A DNA stretch of 64,000 nt, taken from assembly GCA_050331235.1 (NCBI GenBank), contig JBHJHA010000046.1, positions 1 through 64,000 on the forward strand, in the 5' to 3' direction. Below, in pieces: positions 7,561 through 18,705 of the stretch (position 1 is the stretch's first letter; every line of letters begins with the position of its first letter). The position numbers and the translations under genes were made by a program. The DNA is from Leptolyngbyaceae cyanobacterium. GTDB lineage: Bacteria > Cyanobacteriota > Cyanobacteriia > Phormidesmidales > Phormidesmidaceae. A model generated the notes under the pieces. That model searched no databases and was not told the DNA's origin. It saw only the letters and a program-made list of their open reading frames with translations.

Positions 7561-9912
7561 TCATGACTGCTTATTGAATTTGGCTTGTAGGTCTTGCAGA
7601 GTCGGGGCTGATGGGCTGGGGGGCGATTTTGGGCTGGTGTGTTTGTTGCTGCGGGATTTAGGACGATCGCCCCGGCCATGTGACTGACCTTTTTGGGGAC
7701 TTATCGGCCGGCTGGAGTGGGCCGAAGTCTGTTCAGTGGTGGAACCCTGGGAGCGCATCGATAAGCTGATGCGCTTCAGCTTATCGTCGACTTCCATGAT
7801 GCGAGCGGCGACGACTTGGCCGACTTTGACGATATCTTTGGGGTCTTTGACAAAGCGATCGGCGAGTTGAGAGATATGGACGAGGCCATCTTGATGTACG
7901 CCAATATCGACAAATGCACCGAAGTTTGCCACGTTCGTGACGATGCCTTCCAAGACTAAGCCTGGCTGGAGGTCGGCCATGGTTTGAATGTCGTCGCGGA
8001 ATTGGGCCGTGACAAACTGCGATCGCGGGTCGCGGCCGGGTTTTTCTAGCTCTTCGAGGATGTCACGCAGGGTCGGTTCGCCCACGTCATCGGTGATGTA
8101 GCGCTGCAGGTCGATGTGCTGTAGCGGCAGCGATGGCAACTGTTTCGCATCAGCTAGCGGCTGAGCTGTGTCAACCTGCAGTTCTTTGAGCATTTGCTCT
8201 ACGATGCCGTACCGCTCAGGATGCACTGCCGTGTTGTCGAGGGGATTATCGCCGTCTCGAATGCGCAAAAAGCCTGCCGCTTGCTCAAAGGCTTTGGGAC
8301 CGAGTTTGGGTACCTTTTTGAGCGCTTTGCGATCGCGAAACACCCCATGCTCATTGCGATACTGAATGATGTTGTTAGCCAAGGTCGGGCTAATGCCGGA
8401 TACGTAGGTCAGCAGCTCTTGAGAAGCCGTATTGAGATCTACGCCTACATAGTTCACACAGCTTTCCACGGTGTCGGCGAGCTTTTGCTTGAGGCGTTTT
8501 TGGTCGACGTCGTGCTGATACTGGCCTACGCCGATGGATTTTGGGTCGATTTTGACTAGCTCGGCCAGGGGATCTTGGAGGCGGCGACCAATGCTGATGG
8601 CCCCCCGTACCGTGACATCGAGATGGGGAAACTCAGCGATCGCTACATCACTGGCAGAATACACCGACGCGCCGGCTTCGTTCACCATGACCTTGGTCGG
8701 CTTTTGAGGCAAGGGTTTGAGCACTTCGTTGACAAAGGCATCGGTTTCCCGACCGGCGGTACCGTTGCCGATGACAATCAGGGTGACCTCATAGGTTTGA
8801 ATGAGTTGGGTTAACTGCTTAGCGGCGGTTTGGCGCTGGGCTGCGCCCTGATGGGGAAAGATGGCTACGTAGTGGAGAAACTGCCCAGTTTGGTCGATGA
8901 CGGCAACTTTACAGCCGGTGCGAAAGCCCGGGTCGATCGCGATCGTGGGCTTCATGCCGGCGGGTGGCGCTAGCAATAGATCCCGTAGGTTCGCTTCAAA
9001 GGTTTGAATTGATGCTTCATCGGCCCAGGCCTTTTTCTCCGCGATGACGGTGTTGGTTAGAGATGTTTTCATGAGCCGCGCAAAGGCGTCTTGGATGACC
9101 GCTCGATAAAACGATCGCAGGTCGGCCTGACGGGTGCGAATGATGGCCGCTTCCAGATGGCTGAGTATGGCATCGGTGTCAAAAGTTAGGTCCAAAGTCA
9201 GCACGCCCTCGCGCTGCCCCCGCAATAATGCCAACAGGTTGTGGGGGGCGACTTTGCTGACGGGGATAGTGTAGTTGCGGTAGAGCTCAAACTTGGTGCT
9301 GCCCTCCGGAATTTTGGCATCAATGTGAGAGTGAAAGTGGCCGGCTTTGAGCAAATATTCGCGGACCCAGGTTCGTAGATCCGCCCGCTCAGCGATCGCC
9401 TCGGCCAAGATATCGGCGGCCCCTTTCAAGGCGTCTTCGACGGAGTTGACATGCTGTTCGGAGTTTACAAACTCGGCAGCCGTGGTGGACAAGTCAAGGT
9501 TGGGGGTTTGAGCTTGGTTATGGTCAGCGATCGCCGCGGCTAGGGGAGCGAGCCCTTTTTCTTTGGCCATGGTGGCGCGGGTGCGGCGTTTAGGCTTATA
9601 GGGCAAGTACAGGTCTTCGAGCTCGTTTTTTTGAGTACAAGCGGCAATTTGAGCAGCCAGGGTATTTGTGAGTTTGCCTTGGTCAGCAATGGATTTGAGG
9701 ATGGTTTGCTTGCGATCTCCCAGCTCGGTTAAATATGCGTAGCGCTCTTGCAGCGATCGCAATTGCACCTCGTCTAAACCGCCGGTGCGCTCTTTGCGAT
9801 ATCGCGCAATAAAGGGAACAGTGGCGCCGGCTTGCAAGAGGCTGAGGGCTGCGGCGATTTGGCGAGGGGGCCGCGCGAGCTCTCGGGCCAGGAGGGGCGT
9901 CAGGTCAGTCAT
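7561..9912 (-). CDS. tex: Tex family RNA-binding transcription accessory protein
   Basis: TVPFIARYRKE, IDPGFRTGCK, ISIGRRLQDPLAELVKIDPKSIGVGQYQHD, C-terminal S1 domain; start set at ATG 9912. Confidence 0.95.
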   Translation of the reverse strand: MTDLTPLLARELARPPRQIAAALSLLQAGATVPFIARYRKERTGGLDEVQLRSLQERYAYLTELGDRKQTILKSIADQGKLTNTLAAQIAACTQKNELEDLYLPYKPKRRTRATMAKEKGLAPLAAAIADHNQAQTPNLDLSTTAAEFVNSEQHVNSVEDALKGAADILAEAIAERADLRTWVREYLLKAGHFHSHIDAKIPEGSTKFELYRNYTIPVSKVAPHNLLALLRGQREGVLTLDLTFDTDAILSHLEAAIIRTRQADLRSFYRAVIQDAFARLMKTSLTNTVIAEKKAWADEASIQTFEANLRDLLLAPPAGMKPTIAIDPGFRTGCKVAVIDQTGQFLHYVAIFPHQGAAQRQTAAKQLTQLIQTYEVTLIVIGNGTAGRETDAFVNEVLKPLPQKPTKVMVNEAGASVYSASDVAIAEFPHLDVTVRGAISIGRRLQDPLAELVKIDPKSIGVGQYQHDVDQKRLKQKLADTVESCVNYVGVDLNTASQELLTYVSGISPTLANNIIQYRNEHGVFRDRKALKKVPKLGPKAFEQAAGFLRIRDGDNPLDNTAVHPERYGIVEQMLKELQVDTAQPLADAKQLPSLPLQHIDLQRYITDDVGEPTLRDILEELEKPGRDPRSQFVTAQFRDDIQTMADLQPGLVLEGIVTNVANFGAFVDIGVHQDGLVHISQLADRFVKDPKDIVKVGQVVAARIMEVDDKLKRISLSMRSQGSTTEQTSAHSSRPISPQKGQSHGRGDRPKSRSNKHTSPKSPPSPSAPTLQDLQAKFNKQS

Positions 9913-9957
9913 ATACGAACACGCAAAACAGCTATCAGGGCTGTAGTCTAGCATTTG

Positions 9958-10141
9958 GCTGGCAGGGCGATTGCCGGTCTACGGGCGAGGGGTGGTGCCG
10001 GGGCGCTGGGCTACCGTTTGGGTGGGGCAGGATGACCGGCTCCCTGGACCTCGCCGAAGGGCACACTCGGTGGGAGTGGCAGGCGAGCTTCCGTACACGG
10101 GGTTTGGTCAGGCAGTTCTACATGCCTGTCTGTTTGCTGGT
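9958..10141 (+). ncRNA. ssrS: 6S RNA
   Basis: ~184 nt; cyanobacterial 6S-like blocks CTGGGCTACCGTTTG, CCGGCTCCCTGGACCTCGCCGAAGGG, CTCGGTGGGAGTGGCAGGCGAG, TACACGGGGTTTGGTCA; the 5' and 3' ends pair through G-U pairs only on the + strand; -10-like TAGTCT at 9944-9949. Confidence 0.85.
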
Positions 10142-10196
10142 GAGGGTTTTGCCAACAGCTCAGCAGGACAGCAGAACTCTCCCGGCTCGCTGACGG

Positions 10197-10937
10197 TCAG
10201 CCGGGAGAGTCGTCACCCGAGATTTGGGCGTCAATTACGGCAATGGAATCAATGATGGCAATGGCTTCTTCGACGGTGACGTTTTGGCAGGGGCTGTTGG
10301 GGCTCAGCATTGTCTCAATTAGGGCAGCCCCAGCAAACCGCACGACGCCCCCCGCGACTGGGAGCCAGTCCGTCACCAATAGTGTCTCAGGGAACTGATC
10401 GCGCAGGGCCGGGTCAACATAGGGACCGTAGTTGAGCCCATAGCTGCCCGTGGCCTCGGGCTGGATACTGAGAACAGGGGATGACAGGGGGTGGCGGTTA
10501 GCGGTCTGGGGCATGTCGCCGACGCCCTCTGTGGTGTACTCAATTAAAAAGCAGCGATCGCGATCATCACGATACAAAATCTGATAGCCCTCAAACCGCT
10601 CGTCGCGCGCAGCCTCTACTTGCTCAACGGCAAATCCAGCGGGAATGGCTGTTGGCAACACCAGGGGCAGCTCCAGGTCGCGAATTTGCGCTGTTTGCTC
10701 TGGGGGCAACAATGCCAAAAAGGCGGAACTCGGTGGCGGTGGCGGGGCTGAGGGGGCCGCCGGAGTGGAGACAGTGGAGTCGCTCGAAACTGGAGCGGGA
10801 GCAGCAGTCTCCTCTGCTTGGGAGGGTGGCTGAGGCTCACAGGCTCCTAGGAGCAATAGGCACAGGCCGGCAGCTAGTCCCTTCAAACCTGGACCCTGCC
10901 CCCAAGGGCAACAAAATGGTAAAGATCGCGATCGCAT
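10197..10937 (-). CDS. Hypothetical lipoprotein
   Basis: Hydrophobic stretch ending in lipobox LLGAC, Pro/Ser/Ala linker, globular domain; start uncertain. Confidence 0.7.
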   Translation of the reverse strand: MRSRSLPFCCPWGQGPGLKGLAAGLCLLLLGACEPQPPSQAEETAAPAPVSSDSTVSTPAAPSAPPPPPSSAFLALLPPEQTAQIRDLELPLVLPTAIPAGFAVEQVEAARDERFEGYQILYRDDRDRCFLIEYTTEGVGDMPQTANRHPLSSPVLSIQPEATGSYGLNYGPYVDPALRDQFPETLLVTDWLPVAGGVVRFAGAALIETMLSPNSPCQNVTVEEAIAIIDSIAVIDAQISGDDSPG

Positions 10938-11012
10938 TCCCTAACCTCCCGCAATGACCTAGCCGGGTTGCCTCGGTTGCTTCCCCCGAGCGGCACTCAG
11001 TCCGGGACTATC

Positions 11013-12077
<1,065 letters not shown>

Positions 12078-12263
12078 AGGGCTGACACTCCAAATATTGT
12101 CCGGCCTATAGTACCCAAAGGCTGAATGAAGCAGGATATAATCGCCGTAATCTTTTGTTTACATTCGGAAGCAATTCTTTGGGATCGTTTCCAAACCTTC
12201 TCAACTGGGGGGACCTGGGCGTGGTTGAAGCATTTCCCCAGCACACGTTATCGATGAGGATTT

Positions 12264-13676
12264 ATGTCGCCGTCTGTACAACCCCCACTCCACCCCGCAA
12301 AAACCACCTCTACACCACAGACAGTCCCCCCCTCAGACCCCTCATCCACCACTAGCGCTGCCCACTCTAGTCAAAATCCGGTTTGGCAGTCGGCCCTACC
12401 GTGGCTGCGCCGACTGGCTTGGACGGGTCTCTTTGGCAGTACGGCGATCGCTGCGGCAGTCGGTGGAGCCCTGTTTGCCTCCACCGTGCCCTTGCCCGAC
12501 TGGCTCGCCCCTAAAGCGAGCCAGCCATTAAACCTTGCTGACCTTTGGCAAACGGGCTTTCGGTATCAAGTTACCCGCCCGGTCAACTTATTAGTGATGG
12601 GCGTCGACCTCCCAGAACCAGGACAAGACGATGGCGATACACTGTTCTCTGGCCGCTCTGACACGATGCTGATGGTGCGCGTCAACCCCGAAGACGGCAC
12701 CGTGGGGTTACTTTCCATTCCCCGAGATACCCGGGTCAACATTCCTGGTGAAGGCGTCGCCAAAATTAACCATGCCAACTTTGCCGGGGGACCTGAGCTG
12801 GTCGCCCAAACGATCCAGTCCAACTTGGGACCCGTCCCCCTTGATCGCTACGTGGTGGTCAGCACGGGTGCCCTGCGAGAACTGGTTGACCTATTGGGTG
12901 GTGTAGAAGTCAATGTGCCCCAGCGTATGGTGTACCAAGACGTGACCCAAGGGCTAAATATCGATTTGGAGCCTGGTTGGCAAACCCTTAATGGGGATCA
13001 AGCTGAGCAGTTTGCTCGGTATCGCGGCGATGGTAACGGTGATATTGGCCGGGTGCAGCGCCAGCAGATGCTGATGAAAGCACTACGAGAGCGACTGACC
13101 CATCCGACGGTAATTCCCCGGTTGCCCCAGGTCATGCGGGTGATGATGCGCTACGTCGAGACTAATCTGACGCTAGAAGAAATCTTGGCCCTAGCCAATG
13201 TCGCCATGGAAATTGAACCGCAGAGCCTCCAGATGGTGATGCTGCCGGGTCGATTTAGCACGCCTAGCGAATACGTTGCGAGTTACTGGATTCCTGATGA
13301 GACCGCGACTCAGCAAGTTTTAAATAACTTTTTTCAGCTAGACGAAGTGACTCTGCTAGCGGGGCAAGACAGTCGCGCCATGACCAGCTTACCAATCGCG
13401 GTGCAAAACGCCTCCGGAGAGCCCCGCATTGCTCAAGCGGTGGCCCGCTACCTCCGCCAAGAAGGGTTTCGCAACGTTTATATTGTTAGTGACTGGTCGA
13501 GTGAGCTGCAGCGGACTCAAGTGATTGCCCAGCGGGGCGACTTGGAAAGTGCTGACCTGATGACCTCCATTCTCGATGTGGGGCGGGTGGTTGCCGACTC
13601 CACTGGCGATTTAGAATCTGAACTGACCATTCGCGTGGGGCGAGACTGGCTGATGCGGACCCCCGATGTTCAGTAG
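12264..13676 (+). CDS. LCP (LytR-CpsA-Psr) family protein with C-terminal LytR_C domain
   Basis: N-terminal TM; GRSDTML, SIPRDT, FARYR..GDIGRVQRQQ; VQNASG...IRVGRDW. Confidence 0.92.
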   Translation: MSPSVQPPLHPAKTTSTPQTVPPSDPSSTTSAAHSSQNPVWQSALPWLRRLAWTGLFGSTAIAAAVGGALFASTVPLPDWLAPKASQPLNLADLWQTGFRYQVTRPVNLLVMGVDLPEPGQDDGDTLFSGRSDTMLMVRVNPEDGTVGLLSIPRDTRVNIPGEGVAKINHANFAGGPELVAQTIQSNLGPVPLDRYVVVSTGALRELVDLLGGVEVNVPQRMVYQDVTQGLNIDLEPGWQTLNGDQAEQFARYRGDGNGDIGRVQRQQMLMKALRERLTHPTVIPRLPQVMRVMMRYVETNLTLEEILALANVAMEIEPQSLQMVMLPGRFSTPSEYVASYWIPDETATQQVLNNFFQLDEVTLLAGQDSRAMTSLPIAVQNASGEPRIAQAVARYLRQEGFRNVYIVSDWSSELQRTQVIAQRGDLESADLMTSILDVGRVVADSTGDLESELTIRVGRDWLMRTPDVQ

Positions 13677-13721
13677 GCTAGCGATATTTGGCGAAGCTCT
13701 AACTCGGTGTGATTGATTCAA

Positions 13722-13832
13722 ATGCACCCGTGTCTTGCGTGGAGTTTGAAGATTGGCGGCGCGATCGCACTGGCGGTGCTGTGGCTATTGCTGTTTGAAG
13801 ATGCAGCGATCGCCCTCAGTTCCTCAGCGTGA
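13722..13832 (+). CDS. Putative 36-aa single-TM small protein (not in ORF track)
   Basis: MHPCLAWSLKIGGAIALAVLWLLLFEDAAIALSSSA*; hydrophobic core; both HIP1 sites fall in the Ala-Ile-Ala frame. Confidence 0.45.
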   Translation: MHPCLAWSLKIGGAIALAVLWLLLFEDAAIALSSSA

Positions 13833-13898
13833 TCCGGGTTGCTTGGGGTCGTGCCAGTCCCCACTGAGACCTTAGGTCGTCTCTTCAATAGCTTTCGG

Positions 13899-15101
13899 TT
13901 AATCAATTTCCGGTTCCGCAATTTTAAGGGGCAGCGTCACCATAAATGTTGAGCCCTCCCCGACTTCTGAGAAAACCTCAATCTTACCGTTCATTAGCTT
14001 AACGATGCTTTGGACAATTGCGAGACCCAGGCCGGTGCCAGCGATGGAGCGTGTTTGAGAATTAGAGCGGGCATAGGGATCAAAAATCTGCGATCGCGCC
14101 TCCTCAGCAATGCCAATACCCGTATCGATAACTTGCAGTTCCCAAGAGTCTTCATCAATTTGTCGGCAGATGATATGGACGCTGCCTTCCTCTGTGTAAC
14201 GAATCGCATTTCCTACCAAGTTAGTCAGTAACTGCTGGACCCGCAGCTCATCGGTCACGATCGACGTCGGTGCTCGCTCGAGATCGACGGTTAGCAATAA
14301 GTCCTTTTCGGCGGCAATGGGGGTCAAACCATCATCAACGACCTCTCTGATCAATGACTTAATATCGACAGAGGTTGGTCTGAGGCGAATTTGTCCTTGG
14401 TTATAACGCGAGATTTCTAGCGTGTCATTGACGATTTGCAAAAGCTTCCGACCGTTTCGCAAAACTCGCTCTAACTGTTTGAGGTTCGTTGCCGTATCTT
14501 TTTCAGCGAGTTTTTGGCGCTGACTTTTCAACAAAACAGAGGAGTGACCAATGATAGAAGTCAGCGGCGTTTTCAGCTCATGGGCCATGTAAGACAAATT
14601 GTCTTTGTGAACTTGAAGAAGACGCGTAAGTTCTTGGTTAGTTAGGGTCAGTTGACCTTGCATATTACGCAGCTCAACTAGACGCGATTCGATGTAGCTT
14701 TCCATGCTGGCGGTAATAATTTGGTCAAAGACTTTATCGATTAAGCGAATAGCATCAATGACCTCTTTGGCTGAGCCAGTGAGTAAGCTAGGTTCTAAAG
14801 CTACTAAGATAACTTGGCGAAGAATTCGATATTCTCTAACAATTTCAGCTGTATCATAACCTTGGTCAGCTCTTACTGAGCCATGGCATAGGCTTTGTTC
14901 TTCTAATTCCGCTTCGTCACTTTCAATACTTGGGGAAAGTAGCCCTGCTAGCTCCTCTAATACATTCGGCAGACTATTTCTGACCGCTTCATACGCCAGT
15001 TTCTTCGCGCTTTCAATTTCCGAATCTTGGTGGACAGCTTCAATCCATCTCTGAGTAATGGCTTCGACTTGTTCAGTCAAAGCTTGACCAAGGTCATTCA
15101 T
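13899..15101 (-). CDS. Soluble histidine kinase with RsbRD_N-like N-terminal domain
   Basis: RWIEAV..D..IES...HG..RADQGYD..EIVREY; AHELKTPL; N box LVGNAIRY; DTGIGI; GTGLGL. Confidence 0.9.
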   Translation of the reverse strand: MNDLGQALTEQVEAITQRWIEAVHQDSEIESAKKLAYEAVRNSLPNVLEELAGLLSPSIESDEAELEEQSLCHGSVRADQGYDTAEIVREYRILRQVILVALEPSLLTGSAKEVIDAIRLIDKVFDQIITASMESYIESRLVELRNMQGQLTLTNQELTRLLQVHKDNLSYMAHELKTPLTSIIGHSSVLLKSQRQKLAEKDTATNLKQLERVLRNGRKLLQIVNDTLEISRYNQGQIRLRPTSVDIKSLIREVVDDGLTPIAAEKDLLLTVDLERAPTSIVTDELRVQQLLTNLVGNAIRYTEEGSVHIICRQIDEDSWELQVIDTGIGIAEEARSQIFDPYARSNSQTRSIAGTGLGLAIVQSIVKLMNGKIEVFSEVGEGSTFMVTLPLKIAEPEID

Positions 15102-15171
15102 ATATCCGCGCACCTTAAGACAAAAGGCTACTTTAGACTATCACGATTGCTAAAGCCAGTTGCCGCTGTCA

Positions 15172-16419
15172 TCATAAACCAAATTGGGAAAGCACCTCAC
15201 CGGTAATCCATTGGGTGTTGCGTTTGAGATTACTTTCTGGTGTGGGCAAAAGGCTTAAGTAGGCAGCTCGCCGAACTAAGTGCCCCACTCGCCCGGTAAG
15301 CATGACGGTATCAAAAATTTCAACTACGCTTGCATCTAATCCGGTTTTTAGAAGTATGCCGTTTTCAGTGGTTGAGCAGGGTTTTGAGGGCTGTCCCTGA
15401 ATCATCGAAATAATATTTTTAGCGATCGCGCGCCCCTGTTGATGGGCGATTTGGGCTGTAGCGGAGCGCGGCGTATGCACATTAATGGCGCAGTCTCCCC
15501 CTGCAAAGACATGGGGATAGCCAATGAGTTGTAAGGCAGAAGTCAGATATGGACGCTCGCGATCATCTTTATGAACGGGGGCGACCGCGAGTGAGCGGAT
15601 CAACGGATGAGTCACCGAACCCGTTATCCATAGGGTGGTGGCAGTCGGTAAGATGTGGGTTTGCTGATGCTGGGAATATTCAACGGTGTCAGCAGTGACG
15701 GCATTTGCCTGGGTTTCTAAACGAATATCCACTGGGCATTGGCGATCGCCCAATGCCTGCAAAGCCGCATCCCGCATGTCTGACTTGACCGTGGGTAAGA
15801 TTGCCGCGTCGCGATGGAGCAAGACTACACGAATTTCTTGGGGCTCTCCTCCCATGGCCTGGTATTGCTCGGGCAGAAAGTCCGCTAAGGTTGCGGCTAG
15901 CTCAATGCCCGAACGCCCCGCCCCAACAACGACAAAGTTGAGGCAAGCCTGTCTGATTTCATCGTTGTCGGTGCTCAGCGCCTTTTGTAACGTGGCCTGA
16001 ATATGTTGGCGTAAAACCATCACATCTTGGGCGGAGCGAAATGAAAACGCGTGGTCAGCAGCGCCGGGGCTATTACTGCGAGAGTCAACATCGCCAAGCG
16101 CTAAGACTAAGTAGCGAAAAGCATGATTTTTTCCTGAAGAAAGGTGAATCTGGCGCGCGGGCAAATCGATCGATTCAACGGTATCTTGCCAAAAAGTAGC
16201 CTGACGTTTAGCAAATAAATCAGCAAATGTCGGTTGAATCTGCTCCGTTTCGATGTCATCGCAGAGCAGCTCATATAGAAAAGGCTTAAAGACAAAATCT
16301 TGACTGCTATCAATGAGCCGGATTGGCAGAGGACACTGCAAATCACATAGCTCGAGGGCCGCAAATAACCCTGCAAACCCACCGCCTAATATGAGAATCT
16401 GATCGTTGTCTGTGTCCAT
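15172..16419 (-). CDS. Type-II NAD(P)H dehydrogenase-like FAD oxidoreductase
   Basis: GGGFAGL, FKPFLYELL, YLVLALG, GAGRSGIELA, FAGGDCA, TAQIAHQQG. Confidence 0.85.
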   Translation of the reverse strand: MDTDNDQILILGGGFAGLFAALELCDLQCPLPIRLIDSSQDFVFKPFLYELLCDDIETEQIQPTFADLFAKRQATFWQDTVESIDLPARQIHLSSGKNHAFRYLVLALGDVDSRSNSPGAADHAFSFRSAQDVMVLRQHIQATLQKALSTDNDEIRQACLNFVVVGAGRSGIELAATLADFLPEQYQAMGGEPQEIRVVLLHRDAAILPTVKSDMRDAALQALGDRQCPVDIRLETQANAVTADTVEYSQHQQTHILPTATTLWITGSVTHPLIRSLAVAPVHKDDRERPYLTSALQLIGYPHVFAGGDCAINVHTPRSATAQIAHQQGRAIAKNIISMIQGQPSKPCSTTENGILLKTGLDASVVEIFDTVMLTGRVGHLVRRAAYLSLLPTPESNLKRNTQWITGEVLSQFGL

Positions 16420-16637
16420 GTTGATAGGTAATTAGGGCTAGCCTAGGTAAGTCGGGTTGTAGACAGTGTTTATAGACATCCCTCGGAGCCTAAAGGCGCG
16501 AGTGTGGCCATTAGGCACTGAGTCAGTAGGGACGGTTAGCTAGTGCTTCGTCCTAATCATCGACAGATTAAACCATTGCCGCTAGTTTTGAGCCACGGTA
16601 CGCGGCGATCGCTAACCTGGCATATCGCTGCAACTCC

Positions 16638-17507
16638 CTAGCTAGAGGTCTGACCACCGGCCACGTCCAGTAGAGCACCCGTGACAAAACTACTGTCCTG
16701 CGAGGCCATAAATACATAGGCTGGGGCCAATTCCTCGGGTTGTGCAGCGCGATTCATCGCGACATCGGTATCGTAGCTGCCGACCTTTTCTTTGGGCATG
16801 GTCGCGGGAATGTTGGGAGTCCATACTGGGCCTGGCACCACGGCATTGACGCGGATCTCTCGCTCGGCCAGATTGAGGGCTAGCGATTGCGTCATTATGT
16901 GCACAGCTCCTTTGCTAGCCGCGTAATCGACCAACATACCTTTGCCAATTTTGCCAACAATGCTGCCGGTATTGATAATCACGTCCCCCGCCTTGAGGTG
17001 GGGCAGGGCAGCTTTGATCATGTAGAAATAGCCAAAAACGTTGGTCTCCATTGTGCGCCGAAACTGTTCTAAAGAAACATCCTCTAGCTTGGGCTGAGCC
17101 ATTTGGTAGGCGGCGTTGTTGACGAGGATGTTGAGCTGTCCTAGCTGATCAACGGTTTGGAGGATCGCTGCCTCACAGGCCGCATAGTCTCGGACATCAC
17201 ATTTCAATACCAAGCATTTTTGCCCGTGCTCTTGCACTTTGGCTTGGGTGGTTTCGGCATCGCTATCGTTTTCGTTATAAAGAATGGCTACGTCGGCTCC
17301 CTCCATGGCGTAGGCGATCGCCACGGCGCGGCCAATGCCCGAGTCGCCGCCCGTAATCAGAGCTACCTTGCCTTGCAGCTTATGGGCGGGCTGATAGTTC
17401 GACAAGTCGCTATCCGGTGCGGGCACCATATCTGATTGCTCAGCTGGATATTCCAGCTTTTGCGCAGGAATCTCGTCGGGAGTAGGGCGGCGTTCTGGGG
17501 TGGTCAT
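16638..17507 (-). CDS. SDR oxidoreductase (YdaD/general stress protein 39-like)
   Basis: KLQGKVALITGGDSGIGRAVA, NNAAYQ, YAASKG, VVPGPVWTP, AQPEELAPAYV. Confidence 0.9.
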   Translation of the reverse strand: MTTPERRPTPDEIPAQKLEYPAEQSDMVPAPDSDLSNYQPAHKLQGKVALITGGDSGIGRAVAIAYAMEGADVAILYNENDSDAETTQAKVQEHGQKCLVLKCDVRDYAACEAAILQTVDQLGQLNILVNNAAYQMAQPKLEDVSLEQFRRTMETNVFGYFYMIKAALPHLKAGDVIINTGSIVGKIGKGMLVDYAASKGAVHIMTQSLALNLAEREIRVNAVVPGPVWTPNIPATMPKEKVGSYDTDVAMNRAAQPEELAPAYVFMASQDSSFVTGALLDVAGGQTSS

Positions 17508-17720
17508 GGGGGCACACACATCACATTTACTCGATTGATATTAGGCATCAACCAGGCAAATTCGATGTCCTCAAGGGATGACCTCTGTGTCTGTAAAAGG
17601 AAATATCTTGATGCGCTTCAAGTCTTCCCAATGGGGAGATCCCTTGGCCGACAATATCAGCGTTGTCTGCACTTGGCCCCTGATGACTGTAGTCGCACCT
17701 GAGTTCACGTTGCCATGAGG

Positions 17721-18524
17721 CTACAGGCTGATGCTTGCAACGGAGCCACCATCCACTCGGTAGTTGGCCCCTACGACAAAGCTAGAGAGCTGTGAACAGA
17801 GGAACGTGATCACCGCGGCGACTTCTTGGGCCTTGCCCCGGCGCTGTAGCTCTAGATGGGGGCGCTTCTCTTTGAGGAAAGTCGCGATCGCCTCGTCAAA
17901 CCCAACCCCTAATTTTTCTGACCGCTGCTGCATCATCGCGTCCGTCATGGGCGTGGCGATAAAGGCCGGCGAGACCGAATTCACCAAAACTCCGTCTTTG
18001 GCATAGGCCTTAGATAGGTTTTTAGTAAAGTTGAGCAAGCCCGCTTTAGCGGCGCAGTAAGGCATTTCATCAGTGTAGGGCTGAATAGCGTCTTCTGAAG
18101 TGACTAGTACGACTCGCCCCCACCCGGACTTTTGCATCAGGGGAATAAAGCTTCGGCACACTCTAACTGCGCCCATCAAATCAACTTCAATGGCCTCGTA
18201 CCAGTCATCATCACTGATTTCCATAAAGTTGCCGGTCGCGCCAGTAATACCCGCACAGTTAACGAGGATATCCACTGTGCCATAGTGGCTAATGATTTGT
18301 TGCTTGGCAGCCTCAACTTCCGCCAAATTTCGTAAGTCCGCAGAGACTGCAAACGCCTCGCCCACCGTTTTGACTTCTTCAACAGTCTCTTGGAGTTGCT
18401 CAGTTGTCTTATCCAGCAGAGCAATCTTGACACCTTCGTCGGCTAATAACTTGGCAGTGGCGCGTCCCATGCCGGAGTCGCCGCCAGTAATCAACGCGAC
18501 TTTGCCTTTGATGCCTAATTCCAT
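17721..18524 (-). CDS. SDR oxidoreductase
   Basis: TGGDSGMG, LVNCAG, YCAAK, YRVDGG. Confidence 0.9.
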   Translation of the reverse strand: MELGIKGKVALITGGDSGMGRATAKLLADEGVKIALLDKTTEQLQETVEEVKTVGEAFAVSADLRNLAEVEAAKQQIISHYGTVDILVNCAGITGATGNFMEISDDDWYEAIEVDLMGAVRVCRSFIPLMQKSGWGRVVLVTSEDAIQPYTDEMPYCAAKAGLLNFTKNLSKAYAKDGVLVNSVSPAFIATPMTDAMMQQRSEKLGVGFDEAIATFLKEKRPHLELQRRGKAQEVAAVITFLCSQLSSFVVGANYRVDGGSVASISL

Positions 18525-18705
18525 GACCTTTCCCCATGCGTCTATCCATAGGCTACAAAAGCCGCTGAAGGGAACCTATCCGTCTATTGACAGAGGTCGA
18601 AGCCGGCTGAAGAGGGATCTTTCCCACGGGGCTCTGCCGCGATCGCCCCTGACAGCGATAATGGTGCCGCTGTTGGGCATGATCGCGGTTCAGCTGGTTA
18701 GGCGA

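Noticed and set aside
9971..10255. 94-aa ORF in the track
   Set aside because: Overlaps the 6S RNA and the end of the lipoprotein gene; no protein-like features
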